Assembly (NCBI GenBank): GCA_012026655.1
Contig: JAAILG010001092.1
Coordinates: 1 to 64,000 of the forward strand
Length of the DNA stretch: 64,000 nt
Direction of reading: 5' to 3'
DNA from: Hydrolagus affinis
Lineage: Eukaryota
The notes below the pieces were generated by a model. The model worked only from the letters and a program-made list of their open reading frames with translations, was not told the DNA's origin and did no database searches. Positions 1-19,165 of this stretch are shown piece after piece (the first letter of the stretch is position 1; the number at the start of each line of letters is the position of its first letter). Position numbers and translations under genes: made by a program.

Positions 1-679
1 GCCTAATAGACCTGTTCTCCCTAAATAAAGATCTAATTCCCTTTTAAAAGTTGTTATCGAATCAGCCTCCACCATGATGAAGAGGCACCATTCTGATTCA
101 TGGTTAAACATGATATACAGTAACTAGAAAATGAGTGATTACTTAAAGCTTGTCTTATGATTTTTGACAATGTTTGTCTGTAACAAATTCATGTTTTAAG
201 TAGTGTTATGTTTAACGAGTGGTCTGATGCAAGACTTTTGCCTACTTTTTAAATCTACTTTTTATTAGCTTACTTCACGAAAGCAGCAAGATTTATAAAT
301 TAAGCAATTATCAATTTATTTACTTTGATATGGACATTTGTCAATGCTATTTATCTATACATTTGTTTGTTGTGATATTTGAACTAATAAACTTTGCATT
401 TTCATATTAAGAAATTTGAAAGCATGATGTCTTTGGTTCCTCTGTGCTCAGGTCCTTTATTAAAAGTGAGCTAAATAGAATAAGTGGGTTTTATTCTGGT
501 CAATGCCTTGAACCTAACACTTGCAACTTGCAAATAGTGACACACTAGATATGGACAAACATTGTCAAAAATCACATAAGAAGCACTGTAGAGAAGATTA
601 ATATCATAGGTGTCTAAGGGTCACTTATTCATACAGTGCCATTTTTCCTTAGCTCCCAGTCTTTTTTTGAAAAAAGCAT

Positions 680-981
680 CACAACTGGCGGTTACAGGGG
701 GAGCGTTCTTACAAACGAAGGACCTGGGTTCGATTCCAGACCAGGGTTCGATTCCAGACCAGGGTGAAACCTTGCTCCACACACCTAATAATAATCCCTA
801 AAAAAAACCCAATAAATTGGTCATTTCAATCCATGGCTGTTTGTGGGATACTGCTGTGCGCAATTAGCTGCTGCATTTCACCCACAAATAGTAAATTCAT
901 TTTACTGTATATTCTGTGAAATGCTTTGAGGCTTTTAGAAGATGTGAAAAGCACTATATCAAATGCAAAGTTTATTATTAT
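680..981 (+). mobile_element. tRNA-derived SINE, near full length
   Basis: B box GGTTCGATTCC, shared body aataaattggtcatttcaatcc and tail aaaagcactatatcaaatgcaa-(tta)n; recurs in many copies in the window. Confidence 0.85.
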
Positions 982-1648
982 ATAGCACCCTTCATATAGG
1001 TTAACACGAGAGCACTTCACAGGGACAAAGTCAGACACTAAGCAAAGGAGAGGGGAAAGTTGACCTTAAGCAGTCAAAGAGATAAGCTTTAAGGCTGGAA
1101 CACCAATTAGTTCATTTCCTTTACGCATTAATCATTATCTGGATTAAGTGATAATGTGGTCAGCTCAAGTTCAGCTGTGATGTCATTTTAGTTTGTCTAT
1201 GTATGCTCTCACTGAATAGGGATACCAGGCTCCATCTGCTGATCAAATAGGAAACAGCAAGTTAAAAATAGTAGCAGATTGTAGCCATCACTTTTCTCAG
1301 GGGTCAGGATAGAAGAGAGAAAGAAAACGAAATGAACAAAGGCAGCAAGATTGGAGGCAACAATTTATACTTGGGCAACCATGGGTGATAGCTTGCCTTT
1401 AGAGAATGCTAAGTTGGAGAAAAACACAACAGATGCTAGAAATCTGAAACAAAAACTCTGGGAGGCAACATCCATAGATGGTGTTATTGATGCTGTCTGA
1501 CCCTCGAAGTTGGAGAAAACGGGCTAGTGCTCTTTATAGTGGATTTGCAAAGAATGACCATGCCAACTCTCTCCAGTGGACACACAAGACAGACACAAAC
1601 AATATTCCCTCAAATAAAATCAGCAACACAAAAACTCAGTTTCAAGGT

Positions 1649-1654
1649 TTTATT
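1649..1654 (-). terminator. DDX5 polyadenylation signal AATAAA
   Basis: AATAAA on the minus strand about 350 nt after the stop, followed by a GU-rich tract (gtttttgtgttgctg). Confidence 0.75.
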
Positions 1655-2001
1655 TAAAATGACACATTGGCAGTTACATACAGAACTCCAAGACTTGTAT
1701 CAAACTTCCTTACAGGAATGACATGCATCTTCATGTATGCTGTGGTACTTTTGTGTAAGTAACTTGTAATAATATTAACCTGCCATTTCTAATAGAAAAC
1801 ACTAACAAAAAAAGTTCCAAGGAATGTAAAGTAACAAAAAATTAAATAGTGGGGAAAGTGCACCAATCCTACTGCTGCACTGCAGTCTTTGCTGAATTAT
1901 CAATGGTTTCTATTAAACTTTCCCATCCTCTCCTCAAAAAAAAATTACAGTACAAGTCAGAAGAGAATGAAAAATAATTCAAAAACACCTAGTTCAATAA
2001 G

Positions 2002-9033
<7,032 letters not shown>

Positions 9034-9938
9034 TCTCCTGCGGTTGTGATGAGAGACGGTAAAGGCTGTTAAACACGACGCCGGTTGGGATAAAATGCCG
9101 GTTCCTTGTCAACCTTTAGTACGAGCCGGCGAAAGAGGAAGGCTGCCGGCGCCGGAACTCCTTAAACCATCCCCATCACCCAACCCGCCAGCCGGGTATC
9201 CCTCCGCTAATCAAAACTGCGCACCCACCGCCCCAGCCGTCACAGCGACTCCCGTCCCACACCCATCGCCCCATTCAATCGCTCGGGCAGCCATCGAATC
9301 GCCTCTGGTCGATTCGTGCCGGTTCCGGGGGGCTCCGGACCCGTTTTGGGGGCGTTTGAATTGCCATCGGGACTATTTGATGCGCGTGGAGCGATGCATT
9401 GCAATAAAAGCGGTGAAAAGGCTTTTTTTCCTTGACGACCGGGTGACGTCAATCAAACTATGATGGGGGGGAGGGGGGCGTGGGCGATTGTTGGTTAAAA
9501 AAACCGTCATTTCCCCCGCTTCCCCCCATCCCCCCGCTCACCCTCCTCGGGAGGAATAAATTAAATGTGAAACCTGGGGGGGGAAGAAGGGTTTGGGGGG
9601 GGTAACGTTGTAAAGACTTTCATTAATAAGGGAAATCCCCAAACCTCCAATTTTTTGTTTTAAAAAAAAGTGCGTTTGAATTTTTAATATTTTTAGTATA
9701 AAAAAAACGATGCGTCGCCGTTGCGTAACATCCGGGTGTGGTCGGTTGGTGGCGTCCCGGCGCGAGCCAATGGCGGGCGGACGACGGTTTAAATGGTCGG
9801 AGGCCGTTGGGAGCCAGTCCTGAGAGTGGAAGGTGGTGGGTGAAGAGGAGGGGGGAGGGGAAGAGAGAGAGAGAGAGAAAAAGAATAACATGGGGGAAGA
9901 CGGGAGCGATCGCAGTCGGGGAGTCTTTCTGAAGTAAC
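9034..9938. promoter_or_regulatory. CpG-rich bidirectional promoter and 5' UTRs of DDX5 and CEP95
   Basis: Divergent ATGs at 9033 and 9939; high CpG density; CRE TGACGTCA 9444-9451, CCAAT 9767-9771, GC box 9775-9780, ETS CCGGAA 9152-9157. Confidence 0.8.
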
Positions 9939-9960
9939 ATGGAACCTCGGGAAGAGCGAG
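9939..9960 (+). CDS. CEP95: CEP95 exon 1
   Basis: aacATGG context, MEPREER, phase-1 donor G|GTTGGT joining to DWV. Confidence 0.75.
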
Positions 9961-12900
9961 GTTGGTGGTTTTGTCGACTGTCGTTTTGCTCCCAGCCTCC
10001 CAAACAGTGACTCCANNNNNNNNNNNNNNNNNNNNNNNNNNNNNNNNNNNNNNNNNNNNNNNNNNNNNNNNNNNNNNNNNNNNNNNNNNNNNNNNNNNNN
10101 NNNNNNNNNNNNNNNCCCCCCCCCCCCCCCCACCACACACACACACACACACACCCGCCCATCACCCAGTGTTATTTCTGTGCATTGTTTTTAATTTAAA
10201 GAAAAATTATGATTTACAGTATCTGTAAACATTTCAAAGCTTTGACAAAGTCCGTTTCAACTGTACGACTGTCAAATATGCTGTCGGGACAGCTGTGGGT
10301 GACATGGGCGTTTCCTTATACCTGCAGGGTATATGCATCAGAGGCATGACAAATGAAAAGTCCTCTGGACTCTGAGTAATACTGTACGTCATTGCAATAC
10401 AGCCGAGTTCCTGTAACATGATAAATAGGAAAACCGCTGGAGGGACTCTTGCATTACGTCTGTAAAATGCTTAGCATGCTTGCACTCTCTAGACATTCTT
10501 TGGCTTGTTGCTCTCTCGTGAGAGGCAGGAGGGAAACAGGAATGGTAGCCAGGGTGATGGGGTTTTAGCCAAGGAAGGGCGGTGTGGGTGGGGGGGGGGT
10601 TATAGCCAAGGAAAGGGTGATAGGAGGGGAGGTTCTAACCAGGGAAGTGGGTAAATCAAGGTGAAACCTTGGGCAAGTTTCCATACTCCACACACCTGCT
10701 AATAATCCCTCAAAAGAAACGATAATAAATTGGTCACTTCAATCCATGAGTGTTTGTGGAACACTGCCGTGCTGCCGTGTTTCGCCCAGAAATATACAGT
10801 CAATTCACTTTACAGCATATTCTGTGAAGTGCTTTGAGACGTCTAGAAGATGTGAAAAGCGTTCGAATTAGTTCTCGCTTAACGTCGTAGTCGTGTTCTT
10901 GAAAAGTGCGACTTGAAGCGAAACAATGTTAAGGTGACACATTTTCCCCATAAGAATTAATATATAAACTGGAGTTAGGTTCTTTTGGTCAACATTTTCG
11001 TCAAAATTTTTTTTAAAAAAAATTATAAGTTGAAATACATGTACACTCATAAATGTAAAATCTAAGAAAATATAAATTTAAATGACATATCACTCATGGC
11101 ATCAAAACGGATTAAAACATCTAATTTCATTTAGAGAGTAATAGTTTTCCTGGTTTTTTTTACTACCAGACTCACCACTGTCACTTCCTGGGCGTTTTTG
11201 ATTCATGTTTACAGAGGATTGTACAAATGCTGATTTAATTTTTTTTTCATTCTCACACTGCGCAGAAACTTAAAATGGTGATGTTAAAACTGTGGATGGA
11301 CGCTGCATCAGAATACCGGACGGTAGCCTATGCTACCCAAACTTCAGTAGCTTGTTTTCACCTGCTGGCGAACAACATAATAGAAAAACGTTGCGACATT
11401 AAATGGATATTTACGTATCCCTATGTATCAGCAATGTAATAACAAAACAACGTTGACCGAAGCAACGTTAAACAGGGTCTACCTGTATATCAAATGCAAG
11501 GATTATTATTATTATGATAGAGCAATATGTCCTTATAGCTATTATCACATTTGTGCCCTCTGGCAATCTCTGCACAGATACTTTCCTTTCCAGTAATTCT
11601 CTAGAATTAACGTGCCACCAGGCTGACTCAAGTATCTTTGTACCAGAGGTTCATGTTTCTGAGGTTATTCCTGCCCCGACTTTGCCAACTTTTACCCCTG
11701 AACTAAATGTGATTCAAATTTATGTAGGATTTACTGGCCTAAAGTTCTGACGTGAAAGGCACTATACAAGTGTAATTTTGCTATTGTCGTTGTTGTAAAG
11801 TTGATCCTTCTATATCTGGGTTGAGACACTGGTCTATGTTTTAGTTACTGTACTTTAAATTACTACATGTGTAAACTTAATAATTATTTTAGGCACCATA
11901 GTTTCTAATTGCCTCTTGACACAGATCAGCTAAAAAGGGCTTTGTACAGTCCCCAATTATTATTCTATATCCTTTGATTTTACAGGCCTGTCATTCTGGC
12001 TTGCAAGGAGGACAAATCTATTCTCCACAGAGTAAGATTCTGCTCTGAACACTTATTCGAATATTAGGCAGAACCTGTGTAGTGCATTTTAGATGTGTAC
12101 AATCACATATTATATATTTTTTATTTTGTCTTATCCTGTTGCAGTCCATAAACTTGCTGGTTTTCAGAGATTTCTGATGACTCAGTTGCACGAAACTGAA
12201 GCTGTCTGCTGGGAAATTGCAATGTACTGTAATTTGTTATCTTTCTATATGAAATTACAATCTTTTGACTTCTCTGAAGAACACTTCACTTTTTAAAAAA
12301 AAAGGATTAGAAAGTACTGGTGTAAGCATATCACTGGATATGCTATGTTCTGAGCATTATTTTCCTTTCTGGAGTTTAAGTATCTTCTACAGATATATAA
12401 CGGGCATTGCTTCTCTCTCTAGATTGGGTTGCTGTTGCCAATGATCTTTTTAGCAAGTGCCACATCAGCCCGCAGGTGACCAGACTGTCCGATTGTGATG
12501 CCAATGCCTTTGTTGCTCTTTATGAAGCCATTCTTGGCGAAAGGGTCCCAGGTAAGCAAGCGAGTCACAATGAACAAAATCCACTTTAAAGTAGGCATTT
12601 CAGGGGTTTACCACACCTTATGTGTATGTCAAATTTTGTGTCTTTTACAGATTACATAGCGGCTCCCAAAAGTCAGGAAGATGATGCCCACAATGTGCAA
12701 GCAGTGATAGATTCATTGGCATTGGATTATTTACAAATCAGTTTACCCCACATAACAGGTCAGTAAAGAAAAAATGCAACCATCTCTTCTGTAGCTAATA
12801 ACGGGAAATGTTTGATCTTATTGTTTCCGAGCAAAAAATGCACTAACTCATCTAATAAGCCTTGCATGTGAGCACCTTATCACATTGTCAAAGTCTCAAA

Positions 12901-15900
12901 GTGCTTCATTGGATTTCATTTACTACATAGATTAATGCTGGAATTGTAACATGTTTTGATTTTCCTCCTCTTTCCTCACCCACTTCAGGAGAAAACATTG
13001 TACGAGGTGACAAAGAAAGCATTCAGAATCTGTTGGAAATTTTTGATGGTTTGTTGGAATATCTCACCGAGCAGATCAGTGAGGCCTCCTCCCAGCCTGG
13101 CAACGGTAAGTAATTGTTGTTTATGAAATGGTTGAATGTCTTTCAAGGCCCGATTTGATCACAATGACCTTGAAACTACTTACAATTTCTATATAAAAAT
13201 AGTATGTGTATAACAGAGGCCTTGTGTGGTAATGGAAGCAACCCCCCCACCCCCTCCACATCCACCCATCCCAGAAAATTAACATCCCAAAATAAATGAA
13301 TTGTTTGTTGCAGCTGACGATCAAAGAAACAACATGTTTCTGAACTGTAAGCAAAAAAGGCTCAGCTGCTTAGCTGATAAACATCTGAAAGAGAAAGATG
13401 TATCACACCCCAAGCATTAACATTTGATTAGAAGTTATTACTGAACTTCACATTAGAATAACTGCTCCCTGTGAGTCACAGCAACGCAAACATTGAATGT
13501 AAGTCAAGTGTAAACCTCATCACTTCCATATATCTAAATAATTTCCTCCTATGTGTTCAGAATATGATCTGTAACATTTCCTTGTGGGGTGTACAATTTT
13601 TCTAAAACATGCTTATCCTGTATCTACTACCTACAGCAATTAGATGTGCAATTTTTAATAATTTTATTTCCAACTGTTTACCAAAATAAGTCAAAAGGCG
13701 GTTTCCTTTAATCCACTCACTGTTTGTGAACAGGGGAAGAGGACTTTCTGTCCAAAGAAGGACTATCTGTCATTCGAGGAGCTCTTCAGAAGGAGCTCAG
13801 TCACCAACATGACGAGAGATTGCCTGAACTGAGAGAATCCTCATCAAATGAGTTGAGTTTTTTTTTGATCTATTGGGTGCAAATCCATGCGCAACTAAGA
13901 ACTGCCAAATGGGAATAGACTTTGTTGGGTACTTCCCCTCTCCCCAAATACATAGAATTACAGATTTATTTTGAAATCTGCATGTATAAGTGGATCAGAT
14001 CATTGTCCCACTGGTATTGAAAGCTGTTTTTGCAATTCTAGGACTTGTGCCTCTCTAAGCTCCAACAAGGACAGGGGTGGATCTGAATCCACTGGGGAGC
14101 TAATCCGCCTTGGAGAATCTGCGTGTACATTTAGCCGCAGAAAAGATATTGGTAATTGCTTCTAAAAAATTTTGAGGGGTTTGTTTAAAAGGGATTAAGT
14201 TTTTGCATAATGTAGTCGCTATCTGTTTAAATGTTTCCTGTATATTTTTAGATGTTCCTGTATGTACCCATAATGGAGTTGCAGAAACTGATGGTGAGCT
14301 GGATATCACATGGACTCAGAGAAGGAATGACATTTACGCTTTGCCCCTTGGTAATGACACCATATCAGGCACAAGGCTAGAAGACACTCAAACACAAGAA
14401 AGTGAGTGTGTTTTGTATATGTGTTATACAAATATAATCAGTATTAATGAACTTGGTTTGTCCTCTGAAAAGACTCTTTTACCCAACTTTACATCAGAAT
14501 GTTATCAATTTAGTAAAAGCGGTAGTGATTTCTTTATGCCAGTAATGAACTTGTATTTTGATAGAACCAATCTGAAGGGTTCATGTTTGTATAAGCAAAT
14601 GTAGCTGCCGTTTTACATTCAAAATGATAAAGTGAAAACTTTATTTTCCTCTGTTTGAAATTGGGTAGCTCAAGGGTTTCTAGCTTTCTGTGGCTGTGAT
14701 GACTTTAATACCATGGCACTGGTATTTCAATCAGAGGAAAGCAGAAATAGCTTTTGCTTATACCTAGGGCAGTGATTAAATGTGATCACTGCAAGCCACA
14801 TCCTTAGAAACAGCTGATTTAACTATTTTGCACGGCAGTTAGACCATTCCACATATGGCTCATTAAACGTCACAAAAATAGACTTAACAAAATGTTGTGT
14901 TTTTAGGATCAGCCACCTTCATAACTCCCAGAAATCTTTCCACGGGACCCAATGCCCTGCAGCTTGGGGAGCCCATTCGCTCTGCTATTCCCTTGCAGTC
15001 ACCTTATCACCTGACAGAGCACAGGACTGCAGCCGAGGCTCCAGCTTTGCCTGAGCCTCGTCAACAAAGAGAAAGTCCAACTTCAATGGTCAGTCAGGCG
15101 GACCAGCCTAGCTCCCATCGTGGAAGTCCACGTCTGGCAAGAAGGCAGAATGTGGACTCATCCACTATCTGCAATGTGAGTAGAGTAAAATAAACTGGTC
15201 TTTTCAACTTTTATTCTTTACGTTTACTTCAAACCTATTGGAAGCCAGTTTTCACCCTTATTTTCCAAAATGCAGATTGCTTTTCATAAAGTGGAAAGAA
15301 AATTATTTAAGTGAACAGTTTTCAAAAATGAGCACAGAACACCCGAGACACTAAAGCTTCATGATTTGCTTTGACAGTTCCTTATGGTTTGCTTTCTTGA
15401 AGGAGATTGTTTAAAGCTATTTAAGAAATTGTTTTGCTAATGATTTAAGTTTTATTTTTCTCTGAAGTTTCTAGAGAGGAATGTTTCTGCCAATGCGATT
15501 CTATCAAGATTGTCCCCAGGTAAGAATTCTTTATCTGCCCTGTTTTGCTATGTGACTCCTTTGCAAAAAAGGATCCTCATTACTATTATTTTACATTAAA
15601 TTGATAACAAACTACATTGCCAATGTTGACCTATTATTGGTGATGAAGTTCGGGGACTAAATCTTCCTAGTCCTATGCATGCGTGTGCGAGACTGAGATT
15701 TTGTGTTGGATGTCTGTATACCTTGTCTAATTGTGTGCGTGTTTACCTCGGGCTTTGGTAGATTTAATGCAAGAAGGATCGCAGCAGGTCTATGCAGGGG
15801 ACGGGATCAAGCATCAGCAAGTCACACGAAGTCCGACCAGGAATGCCAAAGTAGGTGTTGTTCCCGTTGTCTTTCCGTTGTGTGATTAGCTAAGTGACTT

Positions 15901-18900
15901 TTCAATCTTTCAAAATCAACATGGCCTTTTTCTTTTGCACAAAGCACGTTGCATTTCAAATTGAGCCAGACATCAAGTTTGTGACTGCCCGGAGTAATGC
16001 TGAGCGGTGTGACGCCGAGGAAGGCAGATCCATTGATCGGTACAAGGCGTCGGGAATGCCGGGCATTGAGAGGAGTTTCCGGAGTGATGCTGAAACCTCA
16101 TTGCTGTAGGTTTATGTCTTTGCATATTCCTAGATTTGTGGCAGAATTATTGTCAAAATTGTCATTAAAACATGCTAGAAATCGTTTAAAAACACTGAAT
16201 CTGTATTGCCAGTCTGACTTGACTGTCTCATACTGACACCACATCATTGTGACCGTTTTAGAAAAGTTGTCTTCCTTTTTAATGTGAATAATGACTCCCA
16301 ACTGAAATAAAAGGATGTTACCGACATTTCTGTTTGTTGTAGTGATCATAATCATCACATCGACGCGTTTGGAAACACTCCCCTGAGTCACCGAAGAGCA
16401 AAGAATCATTTGGCCGAACAGGAACTGCACGAGATCTCAGAGAAACTTTCCTGCAGACTGCATCAGCTAGATTTGGTGAGAAATACTCCGGTCTGAATCT
16501 GATATGAGGCAATTATGACTCCATCATAGGAGGGAAGTGGTTACCTTACTGGAACTATGTTGGTAATCCCCCAAATCCCTTCCTTCATCTGACTCATTCT
16601 CTCCCCTTAATTGAACATTCTTTACCTGTTACTTTTAAACATTGACCACTAGGCGGCAGCGATGCTTTCAGTTGCTGCAGGAGCGTGGAAACGTCCTCTA
16701 CGCCCACCCCACCCCACCCCCCTCCACCATTTACCTTCCCCCAGAAGCTAGTCCTAGCCATTAATACTGACTGTGATGGACGGACATACTGACCACACAA
16801 AATGCACAACCTAAATGTACCAGTTTAAAGTAACCTCACTTCGACACTGCAGTATCCAGAAGGATTACATGGGTGGTTTGCTGCTGGGGAGTGATTGCTT
16901 TCGGAATACTGAACCTATTGATTGACTTGCTGTCGGCAGATGCTGAAACAAGCTCTGGGTGAAAAATATGAAGCATCTAATTTAAAGGATGAAGATAAAC
17001 TGTCTCAACACAGTGACAGCATCACTGAGTATCGCAGAGTGCAGCGTTTGCCAGGTAACTGAGCAACTAATAAAATCTCAAGCCTGTTAACAGTTGTTTG
17101 CTTTACTCTTGCCTCTCCTGAATATGCAGTTGGCTGCTGTTCACCAGACTCAACCAAGCAGATGTGCTTTACGTTCGACTGCAGGGAACATGTACAGCAC
17201 TGTTGTATCTAACAGAAATAGCTGTTTCTAATTGGTCATTTCAATTCACAACTGTTTGTGGGTCACTGCTGTTTCGCCCACAAATATACAGTCCATTCAC
17301 TTTACTCTGTGAAGCGCATTGAGACGTCTAGAAGATGTGAAAAGCGCAATATCCAATGCAAGGATTATTGTTATTGTCAAGATAGAGAATCAACCGGGGA
17401 GTGCAGGTGTCCTCCCAAGCCTATTCACTCCATTCCTATTCCAGCTGGGATGCGGCTGTTTAATGAGTTAACGATGAGAAGGCTTGGCTGATTATACAGG
17501 CATTTCTTGGTTGCAACCTTTGTAGTTCACTCTGCAACACCTGCTGTTCCTTATTCTCTCCGGATTACATTACAAAAGTAATTATTAATTAACTAAAGTT
17601 CACAAATAATGTGACGTTTTGGTTGACGTGCAGGCAATTGGCATGTCTTAAAGTGTAACAGAGAACAGAAACAGCTGCCGTACACCATTTTTTCCTAACT
17701 TGGAAAGGACCAGCTGATACTTTCTATCTAGTTCCCCCATGAGTGGCTGGTGCTTGGGGGAAGCAATGGTGGGAGCGAGATGTTTTGTACCCATAAAATG
17801 AGTCTGCTTGTTCTGCTGAAAAAAATTGGGAGTGAAAGTGATATGAGCTGTGTCTGGTGGTTTTCTGATAACATTACTGTAACCATTTTTTTTTAAAATT
17901 AAAAGTTACTCCACATCTGAAGAAGCCATCGCGTGCGCGCTCGCTCTCTCCCTCGCCGCCGCGACCCTCAGTTCGGACCGAGTGTGAAGGTGCTTTGAAT
18001 GGAGAAGCCAGTGGACAACTGAGGAGAATTGATAAGGAACTCCAACAGGAACTTGATTTCCAAAAGATGAAAGTGAAGGTAAACGATCGAATTCTGATTG
18101 AAGTACAGTACAAAGTTTTCTGTTATTTTGTTAGGAAATGTTTTATAGGGGCAGCAGAGCTGTGTGTGTTCTCAAATGTCATTTTAAACCCTGGTCTTTG
18201 TGTAGATGGTTAGCCAATTGTACAAGGAGGAACTGGAGGATTACAAAACCAAAGAGAGATCTCAACTCAGTGAAGAAAAAGAAAAGGCTAAGAAAACGGT
18301 ACGTCCTTCCTGTCGCTATCAGAACTGCTGCTTTACAGGGATCTTTAAGTGCACCTGATAGATTATTTGCACCCTCTGGAGTCAAGCTGACCAGTGTTGA
18401 GTATCTGAGGCCTTCTTTAATGCCTGACCTGTCTGAAGGAAGCTCAGTTACAGACGCCATTAACCTGGGAGGGGGCGTCCTCCTGACGTGAAATTGAAAA
18501 GACCAATTTTTTTTGGAGGGATTATCAGGTGTGTGGAGTAAGGAAACTTGCCCATGAGTTCGCCCTGCCTGGAATTGAACCCAAATCTCTCGCTTTTGAG
18601 GCAAGTGCTGTAATCACCGAGCTACAGGTCTATGCAGTATAGATGCAGTTGAATTTTCTGCAGTTAGCAATCAATTTTATGCAAATGTAATTTGTTGTTG
18701 TTGTGAGAGGTGCTGCAATAATGTAATTTGTCGTTGTTCTGAAGGAACGAGAATATCAAGAAAATATCTTTAGAGAAGCTTTAAGAACGCCACAGGCTGC
18801 AAGAGTTTATTGTGCAAAAGGGATGCCCCGAAAACCCAAGTGCAACCAATGGTCACCGGGAGGCTTGGTGAAGCCTCGGAAAGCAACACCAAGTAAGGTT

Positions 18901-19129
18901 TCCGGATACTGAGCCGATTTAGAAAGAATTTTGTGGATTTTTACAGAAATGTGTGACTTTACAAGTACCTTTCCTGGAACTAGAAGATTCCATAGCAGCA
19001 AGTACTGATGCAGAGGAAAGAATGGTCAGATATTCTTACTGCTGCAGCTTAACTTGCCTTCGATTGAAATGTGATTTCTGCTTTTAAAAAAAGGCCACTA
19101 GTTTTATTTAAATTGTACTTTTATTAAGT

Positions 19130-19165
<36 letters not shown>

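Noticed and set aside
1410-1510. agatgctagaaatctgaaac-type segment, with a similar one at about 52436-52540
   Set aside because: Probably a decayed interspersed repeat; too degenerate to classify or delimit
1-1600. POLG2, the neighbour expected from mammalian synteny
   Set aside because: No POLG2-like coding sequence is visible here
9538-10228. Long ORFs of 88-204 aa spanning the N run
   Set aside because: Artefacts of the gap and of GC-rich, low-complexity promoter sequence
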